Below are positions 8,640 to 17,379 of a DNA stretch of 64,000 bases, piece after piece. The position numbers and the translations under genes were made by a program. The DNA comes from Methanobacteriota archaeon (GTDB lineage Archaea; Thermoplasmatota; Thermoplasmata; SG8-5; DAIRED01), in assembly GCA_043799545.1 (NCBI GenBank), contig JAZDNO010000006.1:157868-221867 (forward strand), in the 5' to 3' direction. The notes beneath the pieces are model-generated. The model was not told the DNA's origin. It was given only the letters and a program-made list of their open reading frames with translations, and did no database searches. Every line of letters begins with the position of its first letter. Positions within the stretch are counted from its first letter, which is position 1.

Positions 8640-9752
8640 GTGCGGTTGCAAGTCATATGGGCCAACCTGATAGTCAACGTCAAGAGCTTCTACCGCGAGA
8701 AGGCCGCCGTCTTCTTCACCATCGCGTTCCCCATCATGCTCATCCTCCTCTTCGGGGCGATTTTCTCAAACACCAGCGAGATTGTCTTCGACCTTCACGT
8801 CCAGGACATGGACGGTACGAATTCGTCCGCTGAGCTTGTTAAATCCCTGGAGCTCGACGGGACGTTCATCATCACCTCCGTCGACCCGGGCGAGAACGCC
8901 ACGACATATGCAAACGACAACGGCGTGAATCTCGTTTTGATTATTCCGGATGGCTACGAGGACGCCCTGGTCCAGCGCACTGTCTACCACAACATGAGCT
9001 CATCCGTGCAGTTCACGTACATCCAGGACCCGAGCGCCAGCGCGGTCCAGACGAAGCTGCAGATTATCGATTCGGTCATCAACGGCATGAACCAGGGCTT
9101 GTCAGGGAGCGCGCCCTTCATCGTTGTCACAAGCGAATCGATATACACCAAGGAGTACAGCTACATCGACTTCTTCGCGCCCGGCATCATCGCCATGTCC
9201 GTCATGACGTCGAGCCTATTCGGGGCCGTGAACATAAACGCGGAGCTGCGGCAGAAGGGGGTGCTGAGAAAGCTCTCCACCACGCCGATAACGCAGACGG
9301 AGTGGATACTTTCCAACATCATGTACCAGATAATACTCGCCTTCATCTCGACGTCTGCGATTCTGCTTGTGGCGTACGGGGCATTCGGGGTGCACTTCAA
9401 CCTCAACGGCTGGCTGCTGGTTTTCGTCATCCTCGACGTCTTCGCCTTCGCCGGGATAGGGATGCTGCTGACAAGGCTCGCCAAGGAGGCCGAGAGCGCC
9501 GCCGCGGCCGCAAACGCCGTGATGTTTCCGATGATGTTCCTCAGTGGCTCGTTCTTCCAGCTCGAGATGATGCCCTCGTTCCTGCAAACACTGGCGAGAT
9601 TCCTCCCGCTGTATTACGTGAACGAGGGGCTGAGGGCGTCGATGGTGTCTTTGAAATGGGACTACGTGTACTCGCACGCGGCCGTCATCGCCGTATTCGC
9701 GGGAGTGATGTTCGTCCTCGGGATAATCTTCACGAGCTGGAAAGAGGACTGA
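8640..9752 (+). CDS. ABC-2 type transporter permease
   Basis: GTG start directly after the ATPase stop. The protein has an N-terminal TM helix, a large extracytoplasmic loop and a C-terminal cluster of about 5 TM helices, which is the typical ABC-2 permease layout. Confidence 0.85.
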   Translation: MRLQVIWANLIVNVKSFYREKAAVFFTIAFPIMLILLFGAIFSNTSEIVFDLHVQDMDGTNSSAELVKSLELDGTFIITSVDPGENATTYANDNGVNLVLIIPDGYEDALVQRTVYHNMSSSVQFTYIQDPSASAVQTKLQIIDSVINGMNQGLSGSAPFIVVTSESIYTKEYSYIDFFAPGIIAMSVMTSSLFGAVNINAELRQKGVLRKLSTTPITQTEWILSNIMYQIILAFISTSAILLVAYGAFGVHFNLNGWLLVFVILDVFAFAGIGMLLTRLAKEAESAAAAANAVMFPMMFLSGSFFQLEMMPSFLQTLARFLPLYYVNEGLRASMVSLKWDYVYSHAAVIAVFAGVMFVLGIIFTSWKED

Positions 9753-9777
9753 ATTCGCGCGGAGTGCTTTACCAATA

Positions 9778-10203
9778 TCAGACTATCTTCGCCTTGCGCC
9801 TGCTCTCCCTGGCCGCGCAATCGACCTTCTCCCCAAGCTCCAGCACCTGGAGCTTCGCGCCCTTCTCGACTCCCGGCGGCAAGCAGAGGCGGTAGTGCGC
9901 GCACGCGACCCGCTTGCAGTCGCTCATCGACAGAGTGATGGCCGAGCCCTCCACAAGGCCCTTGTCCGGTACGCAGGCCTCGAAGGGAATCTCCTCGACC
10001 TCCACGACCTGGACGCCTCCCTCGTGGACCTTGCAGGCGTGCCTGACCTTGCGCCCGCTCACCACTCGGTACCTCTTCCCCTTCACGAGGCCGAAGCACA
10101 CGTTCTTCACCTTGCATTCCTTGCACTCGGCCAGAGGACCCAGGTAGACGAACTCGTACCCCGGCTCCACGAGCCTCTCCCCCACGACTGTCAGAAGCAC
10201 CAT
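9778..10203 (-). CDS. UPF0179-family Cys-rich protein
   Basis: ORF trimmed to MVLLTVVGERLVEPGYEFVYLGPLAECKECKVKNVC.... Its ATG overlaps the egsA stop (TGATG at 10201-10205). Size and Cys pattern match my memory of archaeal UPF0179 proteins. Confidence 0.7.
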   Translation of the reverse strand: MVLLTVVGERLVEPGYEFVYLGPLAECKECKVKNVCFGLVKGKRYRVVSGRKVRHACKVHEGGVQVVEVEEIPFEACVPDKGLVEGSAITLSMSDCKRVACAHYRLCLPPGVEKGAKLQVLELGEKVDCAARESRRKAKIV

Positions 10204-11276
10204 CAAATCACCTTCGTCGATTTCGCCAGATTTTCTGCAGCGTCCAGAGTCAGGCCGTTGTCTCCGAGTATCGTGTACCTTTCGGGCCGCACTTCGTGCG
10301 CGTGGCAAAGCGCCTGCACGACTTCGTCGGGGGCGATGCCGATCTCCTTGGCCATCGTCGGGGCGCCGACGGCCTTGAGCGCGTTTCGGATTCCCTGCCA
10401 GTCACCGCCGTGGAGGTACATCATCATTATCGAGCCGACGCCGCACTGCTCGCCGTGGAGCGCTGGCGTCGCGGCAATCTCGTCCAATTTGTGGGAGAAC
10501 GCGTGCTCCGCCCCACTTGCGGGGCGCGAGGAGCCGGCGATGCTCATCGCAACGCCCGAGGAGACCAGGGCCTTGACGACGAACCACGCCGATTCCTCCA
10601 GCCCGGGCTTGATGCTCTCCGCCTGCTCGATGAGGAGCCTGGCGGTCATCTCCGAGAGCGAGGCGGCGTAGGACGAGAAGTACTCGTGCTTTATCCTGTG
10701 GGCCAGCTTCCAATCGAGGACCGCGGTGTAGTTGGAGATGATGTCCCCGCAGCCGGCGGCCAGCAGCCTCGCCGGCGCCCTGCATATTATGCCCGTGTCG
10801 GCGACGAGGGCGAGGGGCGGGTGCGCGCTGAGCGACTCCTTGCGCCCTTTGGCGTTTATCACGGACGCCCGCGACGAGACTATTCCGTCGTGCGAGGCCG
10901 CGGTCGGGACGCTGAGAAACGGCATCTTGAGGTTGAAGGAGGCGCACTTCGCGACGTCTATCGGGCGGCCTCCGCCGACCCCGAGCATGAACCTGGCGCC
11001 CGAGCTTTTGGCGGCTTCCATCGCGCCGTTGATGGACGGCTCGTCCGCCTCTGTAATCTGGAGGTGCTCGACGCAGTATCCAGCCTCGCGGAGCAGTTCC
11101 GAAACGCGGTCGCCAGCAATTTTTACTGTGACGCTGTCGCATATGACCAGCGCGGTGCCGTTGAGGCCGAGCGCCTTGCAGGTCCGGCCCACCTCGCCCA
11201 GGGCGTCGTGGCCCACGACCACGCTGCGCGGCAGCTCCATTACCTTGAACTTTTCGAATCCGTCCATCTGAGCCAT
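10203..11276 (-). CDS. egsA: sn-glycerol-1-phosphate dehydrogenase [NAD(P)+]
   Basis: Fe-ADH/DHQS-like fold motifs GVGGGRPIDVAKC, ...GAEHAFSHKLD, LHGEQCGVG. Length 357 aa. This is an archaeal lipid-backbone hallmark enzyme. Confidence 0.9.
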   Translation of the reverse strand: MAQMDGFEKFKVMELPRSVVVGHDALGEVGRTCKALGLNGTALVICDSVTVKIAGDRVSELLREAGYCVEHLQITEADEPSINGAMEAAKSSGARFMLGVGGGRPIDVAKCASFNLKMPFLSVPTAASHDGIVSSRASVINAKGRKESLSAHPPLALVADTGIICRAPARLLAAGCGDIISNYTAVLDWKLAHRIKHEYFSSYAASLSEMTARLLIEQAESIKPGLEESAWFVVKALVSSGVAMSIAGSSRPASGAEHAFSHKLDEIAATPALHGEQCGVGSIMMMYLHGGDWQGIRNALKAVGAPTMAKEIGIAPDEVVQALCHAHEVRPERYTILGDNGLTLDAAENLAKSTKVI

Positions 11277-11306
11277 TAACCTTCTCCCATCATTTCAAGC
11301 TATCGC

Positions 11307-12074
11307 CTACCGCTTTCCTATCACCATGCCGACCGGGTCGATGTCGCGAAGCTTCTTGAGCTCGTCGGCTTTCGGCTCCGGCGTCGTTTCCACGTTGGGG
11401 GCGACCCTCAGGGGGAAGCCGCTGTTCTGCCTCGCCTGCTCGACCGTCACTCCAGGATGGAGCGAAAGCAGGGTCATCTCCTTAGTCTCTGCGTCGAAGC
11501 CGTATATGCCCAGCTGGGTTATCACGCGGTAAGGCCCGCTGTCCTCCGGCAGCCCCGCGCGCTCCCTCGCCCCCGGCCCCGACAGGTAGCCTGGCGTAGT
11601 CAGGAAATCGACCTTCTCGACGAATTTGCGGGTGTCCTGGCGCATGACGACGATTGTCTTGTGGCACAGCGAGCCTACGTCGTTCGCGCCTCCGCTCCCA
11701 GGAAGCCTGGCCTTCGGCGCCGAGTGGGGGCCGATGACCGTGGTGTTGATGTTCCCGAAGCGGTCTATCTGAGCCGCCCCGAGGAAGCCGTAGTCTATGT
11801 GCCCAGCCTGGCCAGCGGACATGACGTCGTGCATGCTCGACGCCGCAACGGCGCGGTAGAAAGTCTTCGAGTCGCCCACCGATATCGGCAGCACTGGCAC
11901 AATCGGCCCCATACCGCCCGCCTCGAACACGATGAGGAGGTTCGGTGCGTGCGAGCGCTGCGCCAGCATCGCAGCAATCATCGGCAGGCCCGTTCCGACG
12001 AAGACGGACTTGCGGTCTTCCAGAACCCTCGACGCCGCGCAGGCCAGCAGCTCGGTCGAGTTATAGTTTGCCAT
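11307..12074 (-). CDS. CoA-transferase subunit B (glutaconate/3-oxoacid CoA-transferase family)
   Basis: N-terminus MANYNSTELLACAASRVLEDRKSVFVGTGLPMIAA...FEAGGMGP, 255 aa. It sits immediately downstream of the subunit A gene, 1 nt apart. Confidence 0.85.
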   Translation of the reverse strand: MANYNSTELLACAASRVLEDRKSVFVGTGLPMIAAMLAQRSHAPNLLIVFEAGGMGPIVPVLPISVGDSKTFYRAVAASSMHDVMSAGQAGHIDYGFLGAAQIDRFGNINTTVIGPHSAPKARLPGSGGANDVGSLCHKTIVVMRQDTRKFVEKVDFLTTPGYLSGPGARERAGLPEDSGPYRVITQLGIYGFDAETKEMTLLSLHPGVTVEQARQNSGFPLRVAPNVETTPEPKADELKKLRDIDPVGMVIGKR

Positions 12075-12075
12075 G

Positions 12076-13101
12076 TCATCCCTCCTTCAGCCAGGGGGCT
12101 TTCATCGGCTGCTTCATCAGCTCAACGTCGCGCAGGTAGCTCATCTGCTCGGCTCCACCGATCAGCTTCAGGTACTGGGCGAAGTCGTCAGAGCCGTGGA
12201 CGTATTTGTCAAAGTATTTTTGTGCGCCCTCGTCCGTTTTCGAGACCGAGAGCCACTCCCCTATGTGCTCCTCGTCGAAGAAATATTGCAGCGGCATCTG
12301 GCACGGGTGCGAGCCGAACTTCGATTCGACCACCGCGTCGACCAGGAAGTGGGGTATCGCCGTCTGCCAGGGCTTGGCGCGGATTTCCTCGGTGTCTATG
12401 ATTTTTTCGGTCGTTATTACGAGCCTCCGGGCCGCTCTGGCCAGCTCGAAGTCCTCTATCATGATTCCGTCGATTTGCGCGTTGCCGAAGATGTCGCATC
12501 GGGGGACGTGGATGAACGCGACGTCCGGGTAGCAGGCCGGGAGAAGGCAAATCGGCTTTCCGCTCCAAGGGTCCGTGACGACCTTCGCCGAGCTCTTGCG
12601 CAGAGTGTCCGTGCCGAGCATCGTCCTGGCCGGTACGAACGGCACGCCCATCGAGGCGGCGAGGAAGCGCCACTGGTATCCGGCGTTGCTGATTTCTCCG
12701 AGGACCTTGCATTTTCCGGTCTCCACTGCGCGGCGCGAAGCGGGAGACAGCCCCCTCAGCTCGTGCCCGAAGGAGTAGGCGACCTCGATTTGGTCGACGA
12801 CGCCCGCGCCGATGAGTATGTCGCAGTCGTGCACGGCCGTCTTGCCGGCGATGGTCAGGCCCTTTTTGTGCTGGCGTATCATCTCGTAAACGGCTTCCAT
12901 AGAGACCCTGATGTGGCCGAAGCCGCCCATCGCCAGGAACGAGCCGTCGGCGGCGAATTTCCTTACGGCCTCGGATATTGGCATGCGCTTGTCAACGAGG
13001 TCGCGGCGCTTGTTCTCCTGGACCCAGCGCCTCGCCTCGTCCGGGTCGTGCCAGCCGACGAGGGCGCCCTCGCCCTGCTCCAGGATTTCCATGGTAATCA
13101 C
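12076..13101 (-). CDS. CoA-transferase subunit A (glutaconate/3-oxoacid CoA-transferase family)
   Basis: 341 aa, with ...GSFLAMGGFGHIRVSMEAVYEMIR.. and the subunit pairing with 11307..12074. The start is GTG 13101 or ATG 13092. Confidence 0.85.
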   Translation of the reverse strand: MITMEILEQGEGALVGWHDPDEARRWVQENKRRDLVDKRMPISEAVRKFAADGSFLAMGGFGHIRVSMEAVYEMIRQHKKGLTIAGKTAVHDCDILIGAGVVDQIEVAYSFGHELRGLSPASRRAVETGKCKVLGEISNAGYQWRFLAASMGVPFVPARTMLGTDTLRKSSAKVVTDPWSGKPICLLPACYPDVAFIHVPRCDIFGNAQIDGIMIEDFELARAARRLVITTEKIIDTEEIRAKPWQTAIPHFLVDAVVESKFGSHPCQMPLQYFFDEEHIGEWLSVSKTDEGAQKYFDKYVHGSDDFAQYLKLIGGAEQMSYLRDVELMKQPMKAPWLKEG

Positions 13102-13192
13102 ACCATGAATGGGGGGGGGATATAATAAAATTAGGAGAGGTAGAAAGGGATTTTATCTTCGGCCTAGAAGCTCTATTACCTCTGCCCGTCGC

Positions 13193-13690
13193 TCACGAGC
13201 GTACCGGCAACGATCGGGTCCACGGTTCCCGTACCGCCGCAACATCCTTTGCTGTGGCCATCCTTCGCAACTGGATGCGAAGAAGGAGCTTATGCGTTTT
13301 TTCGAACTGAACGAGTTCCTGCAAGAGATTTTTTACTTTTTCATCCACGGCTAAGAGAAGCGCGTTGCCATAGGTGGCGAGAATTCTATCCTCCAGGCGT
13401 ATCGAGAACTCGATGATGTCTCTGGAATTGCCTTTGATGAGATCTTCGGCGTCGTCGAACAGGGGGTCTGTATCATCGGCACCATTTGAACCCCGAGGGG
13501 TGTACATCCCGAGGTAGCTGCCAAGGATGTTCACGTGGGACATCTCGTCCTTTGCAAGTTGCTCAAACAACGCCTTCCTCTCGGTATCGTCGGCCGTGCG
13601 CGAGAGCGCTCCATAGAAATCTGCGCCTCTGCGTTCGATGATATATGCAGTCCTAAGTATGGTCTTGATTTGCTGTTCTGGGTCTACCAT
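13193..13690 (-). CDS. Ferritin-like/rubrerythrin-type di-iron four-helix-bundle protein
   Basis: Two E-x-x-H motifs (AKDEMSH and FEKTH) are spaced as in rubrerythrin-like domains. GC is lower than in the flanks. Confidence 0.7.
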   Translation of the reverse strand: MVDPEQQIKTILRTAYIIERRGADFYGALSRTADDTERKALFEQLAKDEMSHVNILGSYLGMYTPRGSNGADDTDPLFDDAEDLIKGNSRDIIEFSIRLEDRILATYGNALLLAVDEKVKNLLQELVQFEKTHKLLLRIQLRRMATAKDVAAVREPWTRSLPVRS

Positions 13691-13906
13691 AGGGAATCTC
13701 CGGATGATTATTATGGAAGGCAGATATAAGGGACGCTCCGTGGTTATCTTCGGCGATAACAGGAGTCACCTGTTCGTGGTGGCGGGACCGGAGTTTGCAT
13801 TCAAATATGATGGCATGGGGTACATGTACTGGCAAACCTTTTGAACCATGCGCCGCCTGATTCCACCACCTACAAGGCAAAAGCGGTAGGCCGCGAAGTG
13901 AAAGCA

Positions 13907-14110
13907 ATGGCGAGAAACAACGAGAAAAACCCCTTAACAAATCCGTTACACAAGAAACCGTTGGAGCGAGACGAAATCGACGAAGTGATTGAGGTCGTGG
14001 CGAGGTTCGTGTCGCCAGGCGCGGACATCGAAATTCTAAGGGCCTCTCCGTTCTATCAACCAGTGAGAGAGCGTGTGGCAATTCTTATAGGGGGACGCAA
14101 GAAAAAATAG
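13907..14110 (+). CDS. Hypothetical small protein (67 aa)
   Basis: Only an ORF (MARNNEKNPL...). No recognisable motif; located in the low-GC islet. Confidence 0.25.
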   Translation: MARNNEKNPLTNPLHKKPLERDEIDEVIEVVARFVSPGADIEILRASPFYQPVRERVAILIGGRKKK

Positions 14111-14122
14111 CCGTCCAGCCCC

Positions 14123-14629
14123 TCAGATTGGAACGGGAACCAGTGCCTGCTTTAAAGTGGCGGCCTTGCTGGAATCGAGCCCGGTTCCATGCAACGAGAC
14201 TATGACGATTGCGTCGAAGTCCATTGCCTTGTCACCCAGACTATAGAGGAACCGCACCAGGTCTTTGAACTCTTTCTCGACTAGGATGTAATCCAGTCCT
14301 TCCAGGAAAATACCGGCTTTAGGATGTTCGTCGATGAAGTCGAAGATGACCTTCTGCAGCAGCCCGAGCTGGTCTGGCCTAAGGTTGCCTTTTCCCACGA
14401 GGGAACTCAATCTGAACGTTAGTTGGGGGGGCGCGTTGTCGACGAGAACCGGGGAGCGGCTCCGGGTTACGCATAATCCAGACCTGCCGCTATCTATGCA
14501 TTGTTTGTACAGACACAACCCCGCCTCGCGCTCCCCGTCTAGGAAGATATGGCACCGCCCGCCGTTTTTCGCATCCGTCAGTGAATCCTCTCCTATCAAA
14601 TTATACCGTTCGCTACAATATGATAGCAA
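14123..14629 (-). CDS. DUF835-like protein
   Basis: GLCVTRSRSPVL...RLSSLVG...LRPDQLGLLQKVIFDFIDEHPKAGIFLEGLDYILVEKEFKDLVRFLYSLGD matches my memory of the archaeal DUF835 pattern (..TR..P...wLs...i.P..L....i..F......v.ldgleYL...n.F..v..fl). Confidence 0.6.
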   Translation of the reverse strand: MLSYCSERYNLIGEDSLTDAKNGGRCHIFLDGEREAGLCLYKQCIDSGRSGLCVTRSRSPVLVDNAPPQLTFRLSSLVGKGNLRPDQLGLLQKVIFDFIDEHPKAGIFLEGLDYILVEKEFKDLVRFLYSLGDKAMDFDAIVIVSLHGTGLDSSKAATLKQALVPVPI

Positions 14630-14671
14630 AGATAGATAAAAAAGTTTGCCATCATACGGCTATCTGAATCT

Positions 14672-14980
14672 ATGGCTCCCGATTCAAGTAATAGGACAAG
14701 GCCGAAGCGGAAGAGCGACGAGGTGAAGATCGAGATACTGAAGGCCTTGGATGACGGAAAGGTATACACGTTCTCCAGTTTATCAAAGAAACTGGGCACG
14801 GGATACGTCACAATAACCAGCAATTGCGAATTTCTTGATATGCTGGGTTTCGTCTCGTTGGCGGTCGTACCCGAAGGGGAGACTGCCAGCGGACGGAACC
14901 GCGCGTCGGTGCGGATAACAAAGAAGGGGCGCGCGTGGCTGGAAGGCGTCAACCGGCGGCGCATATCTCTCTCGCGGTAA
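14672..14980 (+). CDS. Winged-helix DNA-binding protein (putative transcription regulator)
   Basis: KIEILKALDDGKVYTFSSLSKKLGTGYVTITSNCEFLDMLGFV...VRITKKGRAWL shows an HTH-plus-wing layout. The gene is divergent from the DUF835 gene. Confidence 0.55.
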   Translation: MAPDSSNRTRPKRKSDEVKIEILKALDDGKVYTFSSLSKKLGTGYVTITSNCEFLDMLGFVSLAVVPEGETASGRNRASVRITKKGRAWLEGVNRRRISLSR

Positions 14981-15144
14981 CTTCACGATGGCCCCCTCCG
15001 ATATTCATGCTGTCCACACCGTCAGGGGATAATAAAATTAGGAAAGGGAATAAAGGATTTTTGAGTTCCGGGGTCGAATCCTACTTCAAACCCGGACCTC
15101 TTGAAGTTCGTTCGCGAACTTTGAGTCTTGTGCGCAAGCCTCTT

Positions 15145-17130
15145 TTACTTCTGCCGTCCCGTCACGAGCGAGTCGACGACGCCCGGGTCCGCCAGCGTCG
15201 TGGTGTCTCCCAGGTCGACCTTGTCCGTCTGGCCGACTGCAATCTTCTTCAGAATGCGGCGCATGATTTTGCCGCTGCGGGTCTTGGGCAGGCCGTCCGC
15301 GAACTGGAGCTTCTCCGGCACCGCTATCGGTCCCATAGTCTTGCGCACGTGCAGGTTGAGCTCCTTCTTCAGCTCGTCGTTCTTCTCGACGCCGACCTTC
15401 AGGGTGACGTAGGCGTAGATGGCCTCGCCCTTGATGTCGTGCGGCATCGGGACGACCGCGGCCTCGGCGACCTTCGGGTGGGAGACCAGCGCGCTCTCGA
15501 CCTCGGCCGTTCCAATCCTGTGGCCCGAGACCTTGATGACGTCGTCGATGCGGCCCATTATCCAGAAGTAGCCGTCCTCGTCGCGCCTCGCGGAGTCGCC
15601 CGCGAGGTAGATGTGCTTGAACTTCGACCAGTACGTTTCGCGGAACCTGTCCGGCTGTCCGTAGACGCCCCTCATCAGGCCGGGCCATGGCTTCATTATG
15701 CAGAGGTAGCCGCCCTCGTTCGGGTTCGCCTCGGTCCCGTCCTCGCGGATGATTTTAGCCTCGATTCCGGGGAAAGGCAGGGTGCAGGAGCCTGGCTTCG
15801 TGGCGATTGCGCCCGGAAGCGGCGTGATGCATATTCCGCCTGTCTCGGTCTGCCACCACGTGTCCACAATCGGGCACTTCTCGTGGCCGATGTTCTTGTG
15901 GTACCACATCCACGCCTCGGGGTTGATGGGCTCTCCGACGGTTCCCAGAAGCCTGAGCGAGCTGAGGTCGTGCTTGGCGGGCCACTGCTCCCCCTCGCGC
16001 ATGAGGGCGCGGATGGCCGTCGGCGCGGTGTAGATGATGTTGCACTTGAACTTCTCGACGATGTGCCAGAAGCGGTCCGCGGCCGGGTAGGTCGGGACTC
16101 CCTCGAACATCACGGTGGTCGCTCCGGCGCTGAGCGGCCCGTACACGATGTACGAGTGGCCGGTGACCCAGCCAATGTCCGCCGTGCACCAGTAGGTGTC
16201 CTCTTCCTTGTTGTCGAAGATCCACTTGAACGTCGTGGTCACATAGAGCATGTAGCCTGCGGTGGTGTGCATGACGCCCTTCGGCTTTCCGGTGGAGCCG
16301 GATGTGTAGAGGAGGTAGAGCGGGTCCTCCGCGTCCATCTGCTCGCACTCGCACACAGTCGAGGCCTTGTCCATCTCCTCGTGGTACCACACGTCGCGTC
16401 CGGCCTTCATCTCGACCGGTATGGTCCCGAGGCGCTTGACTACGACGACCTTCTTTATCGACGGGCACTGGTCGGCCGCGGCGTCGGCGTTCTGCTTTCC
16501 GTTGATGGTCTTGCCGGAGCGGTAGTAACCGTCGGCGGTGATGAGGATGTTGCACTCGCTGTCCTGGATGCGGTCCCTGAGCGAGTCCGCGCTGAACCCG
16601 CCGAACACGATGGAGTGCATGGCGCCGATGTGGGCGCAGGCCAGCATTGCGATTGGCAGCTCCGGAATCATGGGCATGTAAATCGAGATGCGGTCGCCCT
16701 TCTTCGCGCCGAGGTTCTTCAGCACGTTGGCGAACTTGCTGACCTCGTAGTGGAGCTGCTGGTACGTCAGGGTGCGGACCTCGTTCTCGGGCTCGCCCTG
16801 CCATATGATTGCCGCCTTGTTCTTCCTGTGTGTCTTGAGGTGCCTGTCGACGCAGTTGTAGGAGGCGTTGAGCTTGCCGCCCTTGAACCACGTGAACTTG
16901 GCGTTGTCCTTGTCGTGCCAGTCGAAGACCTTGTCCCACTTCTTCGAGAACCATTCCAACTCGTCCGAATGTTTCTCCCAGAATTTCACCGGGTCCTTTA
17001 TGGACTCGGCGTAGATCTTCTTGTATTCCTTCATGTCCTTAATGTGGGCCGCCTTGGAAAACTCCTTGGTCGGCTCGAACTTGCGCTTCTCGTCCATCAT
17101 CGATGTGATGCCCTTTTCGTCTGTTGCCAT
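15145..17130 (-). CDS. acs: Acetyl-CoA synthetase (AMP-forming acetate--CoA ligase)
   Basis: 661 aa. Motifs include [58 protein letters not shown] and [13 protein letters not shown]. Confidence 0.97.
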   Translation of the reverse strand: MATDEKGITSMMDEKRKFEPTKEFSKAAHIKDMKEYKKIYAESIKDPVKFWEKHSDELEWFSKKWDKVFDWHDKDNAKFTWFKGGKLNASYNCVDRHLKTHRKNKAAIIWQGEPENEVRTLTYQQLHYEVSKFANVLKNLGAKKGDRISIYMPMIPELPIAMLACAHIGAMHSIVFGGFSADSLRDRIQDSECNILITADGYYRSGKTINGKQNADAAADQCPSIKKVVVVKRLGTIPVEMKAGRDVWYHEEMDKASTVCECEQMDAEDPLYLLYTSGSTGKPKGVMHTTAGYMLYVTTTFKWIFDNKEEDTYWCTADIGWVTGHSYIVYGPLSAGATTVMFEGVPTYPAADRFWHIVEKFKCNIIYTAPTAIRALMREGEQWPAKHDLSSLRLLGTVGEPINPEAWMWYHKNIGHEKCPIVDTWWQTETGGICITPLPGAIATKPGSCTLPFPGIEAKIIREDGTEANPNEGGYLCIMKPWPGLMRGVYGQPDRFRETYWSKFKHIYLAGDSARRDEDGYFWIMGRIDDVIKVSGHRIGTAEVESALVSHPKVAEAAVVPMPHDIKGEAIYAYVTLKVGVEKNDELKKELNLHVRKTMGPIAVPEKLQFADGLPKTRSGKIMRRILKKIAVGQTDKVDLGDTTTLADPGVVDSLVTGRQK

Positions 17131-17379
17131 GGTATGTCCCCCCTTGTCCAGAAAAGAACAAGGTCGTTGGGCGACAAAATAGTAAGATGCTACTTAACCG
17201 TTTCTGTGCAATCATCACGGCCAAATGGCTAAAAGACACGATGAGCGCATCCAGTTTTATGAGATGTAAGCTTGGTTTCCGAAAAACTGAACCAAAGAGC
17301 GCCACGTTTCAATTACAGGCGCCCTCTCTCAGGAAGCCGCACGCTGCATCATGCTCGTGGGCTGCTCCAGCTGACCCAT

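Noticed and set aside
15061-15145. tRNA-like fragment (CCGGGGTCGAATCC) downstream of acs
   Set aside because: Only a T-arm-like 13-mer is present. No acceptor or anticodon arms can be built. It is more likely part of terminator-type hairpins (ACTTCAA...TTGAAGT, GTTCGCGAAC).
14935-17232. 765-aa + strand ORF
   Set aside because: It lies exactly antisense to the strongly supported acs gene (15145..17130). Its sequence is R/G/A/L/V-rich and low-complexity, typical of a shadow ORF in high-GC DNA.
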